Under the pieces are notes generated by a model that searched no databases, was not told the DNA's origin, and saw only the letters and a program-made list of their open reading frames with translations. This document shows positions 10,743 to 20,959 of a DNA stretch of 64,000 nucleotides, piece by piece. The stretch is from Candidatus Caldarchaeales archaeon. GTDB lineage: Archaea; Thermoproteota; Nitrososphaeria_A; Caldarchaeales; Calditenuaceae. The stretch's first letter is position 1, and every line of letters begins with the position of its first letter. The position numbers and the translations under genes were made by a program. The DNA lies in NCBI GenBank assembly GCA_032249095.1, contig JAVVGN010000001.1, positions 14,873-78,872 of the forward strand, written 5' to 3'.

Positions 10743-12125
10743 TTGAGGATAATAGGTAGTTTAGGTGGGAGGGCTGCAAAAATAGTTTATAGCTTTGGAA
10801 ACATGGGACAATCACTTATCTTTCATTCAATAGGAACGTACTTAATGTATTTCTACATAGATGTGGTCGGTCTCGACCCCACACTTATAGGAACCGGGTT
10901 CTTGTTATCATATGGGGTTTGGAATTCCATAAATGACCCAATCGCCGGCTATATTTCTGATCGTACACGAACAAGATGGGGGCGCAGGATACCATTCATA
11001 CTTTATTGCACGCCACTCATGATGATGCTTTTCATTCTAGTCTGGTCCCCGCCCGTCGGAAAAACATTCGATGCCATTGCAATATTCTTGTACTTTGTCT
11101 TTGTTGTTGCAATCTTTGAGTTCTTCTACACTCTTGCTAGCGTAGGCTAGGACGCCTTTGATCCTGAGATGTTTCAAGATCTTAAGGAGCGGGCAGAGGT
11201 ATCCGCCTATAGACAATACACTGCCATGATGGGGATAATTGTAGGCTTCGTTCTAACCCCGCCTCTTATCTCATATCTTAACGAGAGGTTTGGCAACCGC
11301 GCCGGATGGACAATGACGGGGGCGATTCTATCTAGCGTAGGAGGAGGTGCATTCCTCACTTCGCTGCTGGGGTGCAGAGAGAGGAAGGAGTATGCCATGG
11401 CTGGTGTACTTCCACTTACCCAAGCAATGAGAATAACCCTCACAAACAGATCCTTCATTACAGCTGCTCTGTGCCTCCTTATGACAAGCTGGATCTGGAG
11501 CTTTCTCTCGGCTCTAAGCCCGTTTCTTGTTACCTACATGCTTAGGGGTAGCATCGCTGATATTACCCTCATGTCGGCCCCTCTAATTTTGTCCACAGCG
11601 GCATGTTATCCGCTTTGGCGGAAAATCTGTATCCGTATGGGTACAAAACGTGCATACATAATCGCAACATCTTTATCTGTCTCTTTTCTCTTGCCACTTA
11701 TTCTACTAGCGGATTCTATTCTGACGGCCGGCGTGATAATGGTCTTCTATGGATTCGCGAACTCAGGAGCGACTCTTGTGAGGGATATCACGATCGCCGA
11801 TGTAATAGATGAAGATGAGCTTAGGACAGGTCTTAGGAGGGAAGGCGTATACCTAGGTTCTCGCACCTTCGTAGACAGATTTGCACTCGCCCTTACAGGA
11901 GCAAGTACAGCTCTCGTCTTCAACGTAACAGGTTTCGTCCCAAGCGCCAACCAACCAGCAAGCACAATCACGAATATGAGGGTCGCCTCAGCCTCAATTC
12001 TAGTTGTAGCTCTGATAGGATTCCTTACGTCCATCAAGTATTATCCTTTAGGAGCAACCCGCGTTGCTGAGATAAGGGAGATGTTAAAAGAGGCTCGCCA
12101 AGCAAGATGGGGTAGCCATACATAG
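10743..12125 (+). pseudogene. GPH-family (MelB-like) cation:sugar symporter interrupted by an in-frame TAG at 11148-11150
   Basis: ORFs 10743-11150 and 11169-12125 share one frame; the first carries the GPH signature D-P-x-G-x-x-SDRTRTRWGRRIPFIL; together about 12 TM helices. Confidence 0.6.
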
Positions 12126-12726
12126 CTTAACCGGAACAAATGAGAGATCCTCTGTCTCTAACGGTTGACGCCATCTAGACACGTGAAGAACCTTATCTTG
12201 GCAAAAGGGGATACAGCATGAATGAAGTAATAGAGTAGTAGTTTGTCTGAGTTGAGGACCCCGGGGTAAGCCTCCGAGCCGCCTGCAGCGGCGGGAAGAT
12301 GGCAGCCCCAGCGGGGGGTTCAGGGAACAATCGTATCCTTTTTGGTAGTCAAGTCTAATGCTCTTAACGGCTAGCATAGCGTGGTGGCAGAACCTTTATA
12401 TCCAATTCAGGAGGAGACTGTGCGAGAGGTTTTGACTTGAAAAAACTCCATTCCCGAGCGAGTATATTTTGACGACCGTCTTTGCCCCACTACTTGCGAG
12501 TCTTCTACTGATCCCGCCGGCACTCGGCCCACATGCCCAGCCCTCGTTGAGGGATAGGGCGAGGGGTGGTCTTCGAGATAGAAGGCGTCGTCTATGTTGA
12601 TGAGGGGGAGAGTTGGTTAAGGTGCTGGGGAGTAGCGTCTAGGTTCCGGAAAAACACAAAAACCCGAGACTTGATCTTGACGGAGCCTACGTACTCTGCC
12701 TTCTCAAGCGGTGGAGACTCTATATC

Positions 12727-13686
12727 TTGGAGTGCCGCCTTCCCTCCGGTGAAGTGTGGGGAGAGGCTGTTCTCGGGGGCTGGCACAGGGTTATTTTCGG
12801 CGACTCGAGGAGCATGAGGGAGGTTAAGGACGGGAGTGTTCACCTGGTAGTCACGTCTCCGCCCTACCCCATGATTGAGCTCTGGGACAAGCAGTTCCGG
12901 GCACTAGATAAGCGTATAGACGCACTATGGGTCCAGATGGAGGATGAAAGGGACGAGTGGGAGAGAGCCTGCATAGCTTCCCGAATATATGATCTGATGC
13001 ATGAGAACCTCGCGAAGACTTGGGGTGAGGTCTACAGGGTCCTCGTTGATGGTGGGATAGCCTGCATAAACGTCGGAGACGCATTAAGGAGCGTCGGCGG
13101 CATCTTCCAGCTCTTTCCAAACCACGCGAGGATTCTCGAGGAGTGTAGGCGGATAGGCCTCACGGCGCTCCCCTACATCCTCTGGAAGAAGCCTACGACC
13201 AAGCCTAAGTATAAGGGGAAGGGGGCCTTCCTGGGCTCCGGCTTCCTGCCGCCCAACGCCTACATCACGCTAGACTGCGAGTACATACTGATCTTCAGGA
13301 AGGGGCGTCCGAGGGAGTTCAGCCCCCGCGACCCACTCAGGTACGCGAGCAGATACAGCAAGGAGGAGAGAGACACCTGGTTCACACAGATATGGGAGAT
13401 ACGTGGGGCGAGGCAGGCGCTCACAGAGCTGGAGCGGAGGGCAGCGGCCTTCCCGGAGGAGATACCGAGACGCCTAATCCGCATGTTCTCGATAATCGGC
13501 GACACCGTCCTAGACCCGTTCCTAGGCACCGGCACCACCGTCAAGGTAGCGATGGAGCTGAAGAGAAACAGCATCGGCTACGAAATCGACGAGGCCTTCA
13601 GGCCCGTAGTCGAGTCGAAGATAAGACCAGTCCATCGCCGTCTCCAGGATAGCACGAAGGTAGAGCTCCTCAGGAGAGGCTTGTGA
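12727..13686 (+). CDS. DNA methyltransferase, beta-class N4-cytosine/N6-adenine; no adjacent REase found
   Basis: Motif IV VVTSPPY near the N-terminus and motif I FLGTGTT near the C-terminus (beta permutation); TTG start. Confidence 0.8.
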   Translation: MECRLPSGEVWGEAVLGGWHRVIFGDSRSMREVKDGSVHLVVTSPPYPMIELWDKQFRALDKRIDALWVQMEDERDEWERACIASRIYDLMHENLAKTWGEVYRVLVDGGIACINVGDALRSVGGIFQLFPNHARILEECRRIGLTALPYILWKKPTTKPKYKGKGAFLGSGFLPPNAYITLDCEYILIFRKGRPREFSPRDPLRYASRYSKEERDTWFTQIWEIRGARQALTELERRAAAFPEEIPRRLIRMFSIIGDTVLDPFLGTGTTVKVAMELKRNSIGYEIDEAFRPVVESKIRPVHRRLQDSTKVELLRRGL

Positions 13687-13782
13687 GCGACGAAGCATCG
13701 GCCAGAAGAGCCTATGCACGCCTAGGAGGCTTGCCCCGAATCTGGGCCGCGATATAGCCGCTATCAGCGCAACTTTTGTAAT

Positions 13783-15798
13783 ATGGCTACTCACGATATA
13801 TTAGAGTTTTTGGAGATAGATGTTTACACGCTGCTGGAAAGTGGGAAAACTGTTATAAGCGTCAGGCCTCGCTGGATTCTTAACCGAATGGCACTAAGCG
13901 GTCCGATAGCCGTCATAGTGGTTGTTTTGGGGTCCTTTGCGTCGCTCTACCTGCTCAACTATGTCTTCCTTGCGATAGTTTCGTGGATGAAGAGTCCGAG
14001 GCTCAAGGGGGCTGCTGTGGTGGAGTGGCCCAACGTCTCCATCCACGTTCCCGTTTATAATGAGAGATACGTTGTTGGGAGACTGCTCGACGCGTTGGCG
14101 GAGCTCGAGTATCCTTCGGAGAAGCTCCAGGTGGTCGTGGTCGACGACTCTACTGACGACACGACAAGCATCGTCTCTGAAGCTATTAAGAGGAACTCTG
14201 GGACAGGTATAGAGTTTCTGCATATCCGGAGGGGTGGAAGGTGGGGGTTCAAGGCCGGAGCGCTTCAGGAGGCTCTGAAGATCAGTAGGGGAGAATTTAT
14301 AGCGATCTTTGACTCCGACTTCGTCCCTCCCAAGAATTTTCTCAGAGGCGTCATTCCATACCTGATGTCTGACGAGAGGATAGCTGCTGTTCAGGTCAGG
14401 TGGGAGCACCTTAACCGGGAGAGCTCGTTCCTCACGCAGGGGCAGGCGCTGAGCCTTGACCTACACTTCGAGGTTGAGCAGAGGGCCAGGTCAGCGGCCT
14501 CATTCTTCCTCAACTTCAACGGCACGGCCGGAGTATGGCGTAGGCGTTGCATCGAGGAGGCTGGGGGATGGAGACCCTTCTTAGCCGAGGACCTAGAGTT
14601 GAGCCTCAGGGCCCAGCTCAGGGGCTGGAGGATCGTCTATATTCCTGAGCCCGCCTCCCCCGGCGAGTTGCCTCCCCAGATGGAGGCCGCGAAGAGACAG
14701 CAGTACAGGTGGGCCTATGGCGCGATAGAGGCTGCAAAAGCGCACCTCGCCTCAATACTGAGGTCAAGCCTAGGATGGGGTGTGAAGCTCCAGGCATTCT
14801 TACATCTAACTAGGCATGTGCCCCAACTCTTGTTCCTAGTGATTCTCTTGCTAACGCCTCTGGCAGTCCTGCTAGGAGTCCCCACGGGAAACGTCTTCCT
14901 CTCGGCCTCATGGGCCCTCATCTCCGCTGTTCTGGTCTCAGCAACCCTCGGCGTCAGAGGTCTGAAGGAGCTGCCCCAGTTTATTCTGTTCACCACCTCC
15001 ATGACTCTCAACAACTCGTTGGCCGTCATAGAGGCCCTGCTGGGCTGTAAGATACCGTTCCACAGGACGCCGAAATTCGGCGAAGGTGAGTGGCGAGGGA
15101 AGCGGTATATCCTGCCACTAGATTTCCAGTCATACTTCGAGGTCGCACTGGGCGCGGCCCTCGTCGCCACAGCTTTTTTTGCCACGCTTAAAGCCCTCTA
15201 CGGCTACGTCGTCTATACATCTATAGCGGGCGTCTCGCTTATGTATGCGGGACTACTTTCTATATACCACGCCCCTAGGAGTGAGTATTCCGGCTTGACG
15301 GCTAGGGCTAAGGTTCTGAGGATCTTGATACTGCTGATGTTGGCGCTGGCGATATTCGGCTCCGTCATAGGTTACTATCAGACCTATTACAGGCTTGATG
15401 TCGCGAGCTCATACCTCGTGAGGGGTGCATCGTCGAGCGACGCGGCCGAGATCGCGCGATACATAGAGGCGGCGCTGACATCCCTCCCACGTGAAGGGAA
15501 CCCTGTCTGGATCCTGCCCACTCCGAGGACGGATTTCCGCCTAATAACTTCGGACCTTGAGGGGCTGAGAGATAGCGCGCTTAGACTCGCAGCCGAGGGA
15601 GCGAGCTCGCCCACCTATCAGCAGGGCATAGACCAGATAAAAGATAGCCTGAAGATCATCCGGGACCAGGTGATGGAGGCGGCGATCTTCTACTACATGA
15701 GCCCGTCCGCTCTTCTCAGCACGGCGCTATGGCTGGTGGGACTGGCCCTCCTCATCCGCACCTATTTGAGGGAGCGAAGCAGATCTGCTGAGCAGTGA
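13783..15798 (+). CDS. membrane-bound processive GT2 glycosyltransferase (cellulose/chitin synthase-like)
   Basis: VVVDDSTDDT, DSDFVP, QQYRWAYG (QxxRW) motifs; N- and C-terminal TM helices; 671 aa. Confidence 0.8.
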   Translation: MATHDILEFLEIDVYTLLESGKTVISVRPRWILNRMALSGPIAVIVVVLGSFASLYLLNYVFLAIVSWMKSPRLKGAAVVEWPNVSIHVPVYNERYVVGRLLDALAELEYPSEKLQVVVVDDSTDDTTSIVSEAIKRNSGTGIEFLHIRRGGRWGFKAGALQEALKISRGEFIAIFDSDFVPPKNFLRGVIPYLMSDERIAAVQVRWEHLNRESSFLTQGQALSLDLHFEVEQRARSAASFFLNFNGTAGVWRRRCIEEAGGWRPFLAEDLELSLRAQLRGWRIVYIPEPASPGELPPQMEAAKRQQYRWAYGAIEAAKAHLASILRSSLGWGVKLQAFLHLTRHVPQLLFLVILLLTPLAVLLGVPTGNVFLSASWALISAVLVSATLGVRGLKELPQFILFTTSMTLNNSLAVIEALLGCKIPFHRTPKFGEGEWRGKRYILPLDFQSYFEVALGAALVATAFFATLKALYGYVVYTSIAGVSLMYAGLLSIYHAPRSEYSGLTARAKVLRILILLMLALAIFGSVIGYYQTYYRLDVASSYLVRGASSSDAAEIARYIEAALTSLPREGNPVWILPTPRTDFRLITSDLEGLRDSALRLAAEGASSPTYQQGIDQIKDSLKIIRDQVMEAAIFYYMSPSALLSTALWLVGLALLIRTYLRERSRSAEQ

Positions 15799-15805
15799 GT
15801 GGCGG

Positions 15806-16417
15806 GTGCAGACGGACATATCGATGAGGGGGCTGTGGCTGATTTACATATCCTACTTGATGGGGTCGATCGTCCTTTTCGGCTGGTATGATAGGACTAC
15901 TGTGAAGGCGTTGTTGAACCCGACGCGGGACAGGGTGGGAAACATGATATTCGTCGCGGACGGAGTGGCCGTTTACCCATTCACGGTTGCTGCGGCCCTA
16001 GTCGGCGTCCTGTTGTCCGTCTATTACGTGTGGAGAAGGCTGGGGGGAGTGGCCGGATTATTGCTTGGGGTATTGGTTGGGAGGGCCTCGGTCCTGTCAC
16101 TCTTCGAGCTGTATGAATTCACGTTCGTCGGGTTTGGAGCCGTATTTCACGGATGGGAGGCCTGGGAGGAAAACTATGGGAAGGGTGTAGAGTGGACCTT
16201 ACTGAAGATGAGCTATGTCTCCTCGGTGGCACCGCTCGTGTCGAGGCGAGGAGTCTTGAGGGCTCTCGCAACATTCTCCGCCGCCATCGCGCTCTTTCTA
16301 CTCTGGGTGTTCACGGGCTACCATCTCCCAGAGAGTGGAGACGCCATCGGATACGCCCTCAACGCCGCCACCAGAATACTCTACGCCCTGACGCCCGCAA
16401 TCGCTCTAAGAGGCTAG
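15806..16417 (+). CDS. membrane protein, hypothetical
   Basis: Multiple hydrophobic helices; follows the GT2 gene by 8 bp. Confidence 0.4.
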   Translation: MQTDISMRGLWLIYISYLMGSIVLFGWYDRTTVKALLNPTRDRVGNMIFVADGVAVYPFTVAAALVGVLLSVYYVWRRLGGVAGLLLGVLVGRASVLSLFELYEFTFVGFGAVFHGWEAWEENYGKGVEWTLLKMSYVSSVAPLVSRRGVLRALATFSAAIALFLLWVFTGYHLPESGDAIGYALNAATRILYALTPAIALRG

Positions 16418-17212
16418 CGAGAGCAGGACCCGATAGCTAATCTCCTTCACACCCTCCTCCATCACTAGGTCGATCCCAGCCCAGTCTAGCCTGGGAGGCT
16501 GAACCTCCCTACCAATAAACGCCTCGACCTCGGGCGGTACCTCGAGACTCAGCTCCAACTTCAGGAGGCTTGAGCCAAGCGTGGGGCGCCTCTCGGGGCT
16601 CCTCATCCATGGCGGCAGAGCGACTCTACGCCCCCCTATCACCGCGTAGTCGAAGAATCTCCCCGACAACTCATTAGCCACTATCATCTTTCCACACCCC
16701 CTCTCCCTCCTGACTCTGATCCGGATCTCGTCAGCACGGCAAGTGAAGGTGGCCTGTGCTGTTTCGCGGGTATCGACCGCCACGTATCTAGTCCTGAGCA
16801 GAAGGCCCCTGAGCCTCATCAAGTGGTGGAAGAGTGGGGCGAGAGGCGATCCGGACTGGTAATGGGGAGCCAGCCGGTTTCTCACGAAGCGGTGGAGCTC
16901 TGTGATGTCTAAGGGGCCTAGGTACCTCCTCGAGACGCCGTTTAAGAGAAAGACCCGGGAGAAGCCCTCCTCGTGAAGAGAGTCTTTTGACGATAGGGGG
17001 AAGTACGTGACTCGCCCAGCCCTGAGAACGACGCCCCCCAGCCCCAAACCCTCGCCTGTGATATCCTCTCCAAGGAATCTAAGGCCAAGACCCCTCGCAA
17101 CGCCGGCCAGCTCCATACCCATCCCCGCGGGATCCAGCAGGTACATCGAGACGGAGCCTCTACTCCCATCATGAATAGACGTCAACCGGCTCAACTCCTT
17201 GTAGAAAGGCAA
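16406..17212 (-). CDS. hypothetical protein
   Basis: 268-aa ORF, no motif recognised. Confidence 0.4.
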   Translation of the reverse strand: MPFYKELSRLTSIHDGSRGSVSMYLLDPAGMGMELAGVARGLGLRFLGEDITGEGLGLGGVVLRAGRVTYFPLSSKDSLHEEGFSRVFLLNGVSRRYLGPLDITELHRFVRNRLAPHYQSGSPLAPLFHHLMRLRGLLLRTRYVAVDTRETAQATFTCRADEIRIRVRRERGCGKMIVANELSGRFFDYAVIGGRRVALPPWMRSPERRPTLGSSLLKLELSLEVPPEVEAFIGREVQPPRLDWAGIDLVMEEGVKEISYRVLLSLAS

Positions 17213-17246
17213 CTCTTATGAATATACATAAGGGTTCATACCGTCA

Positions 17247-18614
17247 ATGCCTACGGACCTCCTCTTAGTCTTTCCATACTTTTTCGACGGGAGGTCGAGG
17301 CACTGGCAGTTCCCCCCTCTGGGGATTGGCTACATAGCCTCCTACGCTAGGGAGCGGGGGTACAAGGTCAAGATTCTTGACTGCACGTTCATTACTCAGG
17401 AGGAGGCTGAGAGACGCATCAGGTCTGAGAAAGCTCGCGTAGTAGGTATTTACTCGATGCTCTCCATGGTGAGCTCAGCCAAGAGACTCGCCTCTGTAGC
17501 TAGGGAGGTGAGCGAGCTCGTCATAGCGGGCGGCCCCATGCCCTCGGCTTACCCCAACATGTTTCTGGGACAGTTCGACGCGGTGGTGCAGGGAGAAGGC
17601 GAGATAACTGTGTCCGAGCTGCTAGACTCAATGGATGGGAGGAGCGATCCCCATTTTGACAAGGTGAGGGGGGCCTGGCTTGCCCCCCACCTCAACGGAG
17701 GTCGGATAGAGTTTACGGGCCAGAGACCGCTGGTCAGGGATTTGGATGACCTCCCGTTCCCCGCCCGCGACCTCTACGATAACGAGCTATACAAGTCCTA
17801 CTATCAGCGGAATTATGGCTATACGATGACTTCGATGATCGCCAGTAGGGGCTGCCCATTCTCGTGCGATTTTTGCTGGAGGCCAGACTATGGCCGCATC
17901 TATCGGTATAGATCGCCCGCGAATATCGCTGAGGAGATGGAGGAGATCCGCTACAGGTGGGGGTACCGGAGAATATGGTTCGCCGACGAGCTCTTCATCG
18001 CAAGCAAGAAGCACGTCTTGAGACTCTGCGAGGAGATAGTTAGGCGTGGCATAGACGTTGGCTGGGAGTGCCTCTCCCGCGTGGACCTATTTGACGCGGA
18101 GGTGGCGCGAGCGATGAGGAGGGCTGGGTGCTACAAGGTGATCTTTGGGCTTGAGTCGGGGGATGACTGCGTCCTCAACAAGTTGATGAACAAGAGAATC
18201 ACGGTTTCGCAATCTGTCTCTGCGGTAAAAGCCGCCAAGAGGGCCGGACTCCAAGTAGGCGCCTTCTTCATACTGGGTTATCCGGGAGAGTCGGATGAGA
18301 CTATGCTCAAGACGATTAAGCTCGCGTCTAGCCTGCCATTAGACTACTTCAGCATGACGGTGCCATACCCACTCCCGGGCACAGGTCTATACGAGAAGGT
18401 AAAGGACCAGATGGAGGCCTTCGAGTGGGAAAAGCCCCTCCACGGATGGGACCACAGACTCCTCTTCAGACACGAATTCTCGATAAAGAAGCTGAGGTAT
18501 GGGATTTGGAAGGCGCGGCTTCAGTGGAGGCTTAGGAGGAAGCTGGGCCCACTCTACTTCCTGACAAAACCTTTGGAGCTATACACGACCTTGAAATTCA
18601 GGCGCTTACGCTAG
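17247..18614 (+). CDS. B12-binding (class B) radical SAM enzyme
   Basis: N-terminal B12-binding-like domain; CPFSCDFC (CxxxCxxC) radical SAM cluster motif. Confidence 0.8.
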   Translation: MPTDLLLVFPYFFDGRSRHWQFPPLGIGYIASYARERGYKVKILDCTFITQEEAERRIRSEKARVVGIYSMLSMVSSAKRLASVAREVSELVIAGGPMPSAYPNMFLGQFDAVVQGEGEITVSELLDSMDGRSDPHFDKVRGAWLAPHLNGGRIEFTGQRPLVRDLDDLPFPARDLYDNELYKSYYQRNYGYTMTSMIASRGCPFSCDFCWRPDYGRIYRYRSPANIAEEMEEIRYRWGYRRIWFADELFIASKKHVLRLCEEIVRRGIDVGWECLSRVDLFDAEVARAMRRAGCYKVIFGLESGDDCVLNKLMNKRITVSQSVSAVKAAKRAGLQVGAFFILGYPGESDETMLKTIKLASSLPLDYFSMTVPYPLPGTGLYEKVKDQMEAFEWEKPLHGWDHRLLFRHEFSIKKLRYGIWKARLQWRLRRKLGPLYFLTKPLELYTTLKFRRLR

Positions 18615-19299
18615 CTCTCCCCTCCGAGCCTTTGAAGATGTAGAGTGATGCGGCGATGAGTCCTAGATTTTGTGGAAACGCGAGGGGGTAGCCGGCCACC
18701 ACGAGAAACGTCGACAGAAGAGACGCTGAAACTATTCCTACGACTCGTCTCCAGACTCCCAGTAGAATCAGTAGTGCGAGGACGCACTCCGTGAGGAAGA
18801 TTAGGAATACAGATACCTCAATACCTACAGGTTTTGCCAGCAGGTACGCCAGCTCATTACCGGCTATGTAGGCTTTGAAGTGGGCTGGATTCCTCAGAGC
18901 ATCTAAGCCCCACTCTACGAAGGGGTAGGCTACCCCGCTCCTCAGGAGGAGTGGTGGGAGGATCTGGGCAGCCCACCTGATTCGTGGGAGCTTTCCGAGG
19001 AGGCTCCGCGAGTTTAGGGCGAGGTAGAGTGATATGGAGCAAAGACCGACGGTCTGAGGCTCGGCGAGGGGGGCGAACGGCTTAACTCTTAGCACGTAGT
19101 AGGCTGTGACGGCGAAGAATGAGGCGGCGCCGGCCGGTGCTGTGCTTTTTATGAGCAAGAGCGAGCCAATAGCGGCGTGAAGCACGAGGGGGACGGCCGG
19201 GTTTGGCAGTCTCGGATGCAGCCCTATCTCCGGGTCTAGCAATGAGGCGACTCCCCATAGGTAGCTTACAGAGGCTAGCCCCGCCTCGAGGACCCGCAT
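18598..19299 (-). CDS. multi-TM membrane protein, hypothetical
   Basis: Hydrophobic helices throughout. Confidence 0.4.
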   Translation of the reverse strand: MRVLEAGLASVSYLWGVASLLDPEIGLHPRLPNPAVPLVLHAAIGSLLLIKSTAPAGAASFFAVTAYYVLRVKPFAPLAEPQTVGLCSISLYLALNSRSLLGKLPRIRWAAQILPPLLLRSGVAYPFVEWGLDALRNPAHFKAYIAGNELAYLLAKPVGIEVSVFLIFLTECVLALLILLGVWRRVVGIVSASLLSTFLVVAGYPLAFPQNLGLIAASLYIFKGSEGRASVSA

Positions 19300-20453
19300 A
19301 CCCCTATCACTCTGAAGAGCTCGGAGAAGTAGATGGAGTAGAAGAGGATAGATGCTCCGAATTTTGCTAAGAGCCTGGAAGACTCGATGCCTGCGGTAAA
19401 CCTATAGATGTCTGGAACTATCTCCGGGTTAACTGGGTACAGGAGCTGTGGGATAGAGAGGTTGAGCGCAGCGAAAAGCAGGATCGAAGCCCAAAGCCTC
19501 ATGCGTGGCGGGCTCCTGAGGTTGAGGTGCAGAAGCATTAGTGGGAGGATGAGGTTCTGCTCTGAGACGCTGGGTCTGAGGAGGATGAAGACCGTGCTGC
19601 CGAGCAAAGAACACTGCATTAAGCCGCTCGTCGAGCTGGGCCTCCTCAAAGACACGGCTAGGGCCGAGAGTCCGAGGGCGGCGAGCCAAAAGAACCCTAT
19701 GAGTGGGCCGAGGGGAGATCGCCTCCCCCAGTCCCACCCGTAGAGGTAATCTATGAGGTTGGTGGGGCTGATTCCCCCAACGTCGCTCAGCCAGTTGCTA
19801 AGGCCCTGCGGAGTGGTCGGTGCCTCCCAGCCGAGGAGGAGGAAGGGAGCGGCGAAGATGGCGGTTGACAGGAGGAGAAGCTCGGACACGTATTCGGCCC
19901 CCCTCCTCGCCCCCAAGTATGAAGCAATCGCCGGGACTAGTCCCAGTCCTAGGGGCTTAATGTTCAGCGAGACGGCTAGCAAGAGTGCTGACAGGTGTCT
20001 CCTCTCCACTAGGAGCAGCGCCGCGACCGCTGCCAGCGAGGCCAGGAGGTCGGGCTTCCCCCAGGCCACGGAGGTCAGCAGGACATAGGGGTTGAGGAGG
20101 TAGAAGGAGGCGCCACCGACACCAAGCCTCGACGCCAACGCATATGTGGTGAGACATGAGACTAGTATCGGTATCTTGGATACGGCGTTAAATGTGAAGA
20201 GGTCGCCACCCGATGCGGTGTAGGACAGCGAGAGGTAGAGTGGCCAGAGAGGGGTTTCTCCGATGCCCTGTATCTCGGGCGGATACGATGGGTTTGGGAG
20301 ATGGCCCCCTATGTATGGGCTGAGTCCGTGGACTGTGTTTCGAGCCGCCACGTATCCTACCAGTAGGTCGTATCCGTGTCCGAGGAGAATACCCAAACTC
20401 GCTTGGAGCGTGAGTGAGAGTGGGATGAGGCTTCTCGCGCCCCATCGGCCCAC
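19275..20453 (-). CDS. large multi-TM membrane protein (possible GT-C/DUF2029-like glycosyltransferase)
   Basis: 392 aa, about 10 hydrophobic segments; overlaps the downstream membrane ORF by 25 bp. Confidence 0.4.
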   Translation of the reverse strand: MGRWGARSLIPLSLTLQASLGILLGHGYDLLVGYVAARNTVHGLSPYIGGHLPNPSYPPEIQGIGETPLWPLYLSLSYTASGGDLFTFNAVSKIPILVSCLTTYALASRLGVGGASFYLLNPYVLLTSVAWGKPDLLASLAAVAALLLVERRHLSALLLAVSLNIKPLGLGLVPAIASYLGARRGAEYVSELLLLSTAIFAAPFLLLGWEAPTTPQGLSNWLSDVGGISPTNLIDYLYGWDWGRRSPLGPLIGFFWLAALGLSALAVSLRRPSSTSGLMQCSLLGSTVFILLRPSVSEQNLILPLMLLHLNLRSPPRMRLWASILLFAALNLSIPQLLYPVNPEIVPDIYRFTAGIESSRLLAKFGASILFYSIYFSELFRVIGVCGSSRRG

Positions 20454-20479
20454 CAGAGGTGGTCCCCTCCGCTACGCGC

Positions 20480-20920
20480 CTAGACTCGCCTAGACCTCAA
20501 GGCCGCCGCAATAATCAATACCTGAGCGAGTATTAAGACGTCGTAGCTTATCAAGAGTGGCGGACAGTAGAGGGGACAGCTTAAGCCACCATCACCTGAT
20601 ATCGGTGTGATGCCGAAGAGGTAGAGGGCGAACTCGGCTGGGGAGATCCCTATGGCGGGGCCGGTTAGTGGATTCAGAGCCAGCATGGCGAGGTATATCG
20701 ACGCCCAGTATAGGGTCGCCCTGACCGCCCAGGCGCGGCGCGACAGTGTCGAGCCGAGCAGAACAACCTGGATCAGGGTGAAAACTATCAGGGCGTAGGC
20801 GTGCCCATTCTTAGGATTGTCGAGCCATAGCAGCCCGTCAAAAACAAGTATGATCGCTCCAAAAACTATCGAGATTATTAGGGGGATGACGAGGGCGTAG
20901 CTGGTGCCTTTAGTGGTCAT
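20480..20920 (-). CDS. membrane protein, hypothetical
   Basis: 146 aa, four hydrophobic helices. Confidence 0.4.
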   Translation of the reverse strand: MTTKGTSYALVIPLIISIVFGAIILVFDGLLWLDNPKNGHAYALIVFTLIQVVLLGSTLSRRAWAVRATLYWASIYLAMLALNPLTGPAIGISPAEFALYLFGITPISGDGGLSCPLYCPPLLISYDVLILAQVLIIAAALRSRRV

Positions 20921-20959
20921 GGTGCCCCCTGGATCCTAAGCTATAAAAGGGTTGCTCAG

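Noticed and set aside
11148-11150. Amber codon in the transporter decoded as pyrrolysine or read through
   Set aside because: No Pyl machinery context and a crenarchaeal-like genome. A nonsense mutation is more parsimonious.
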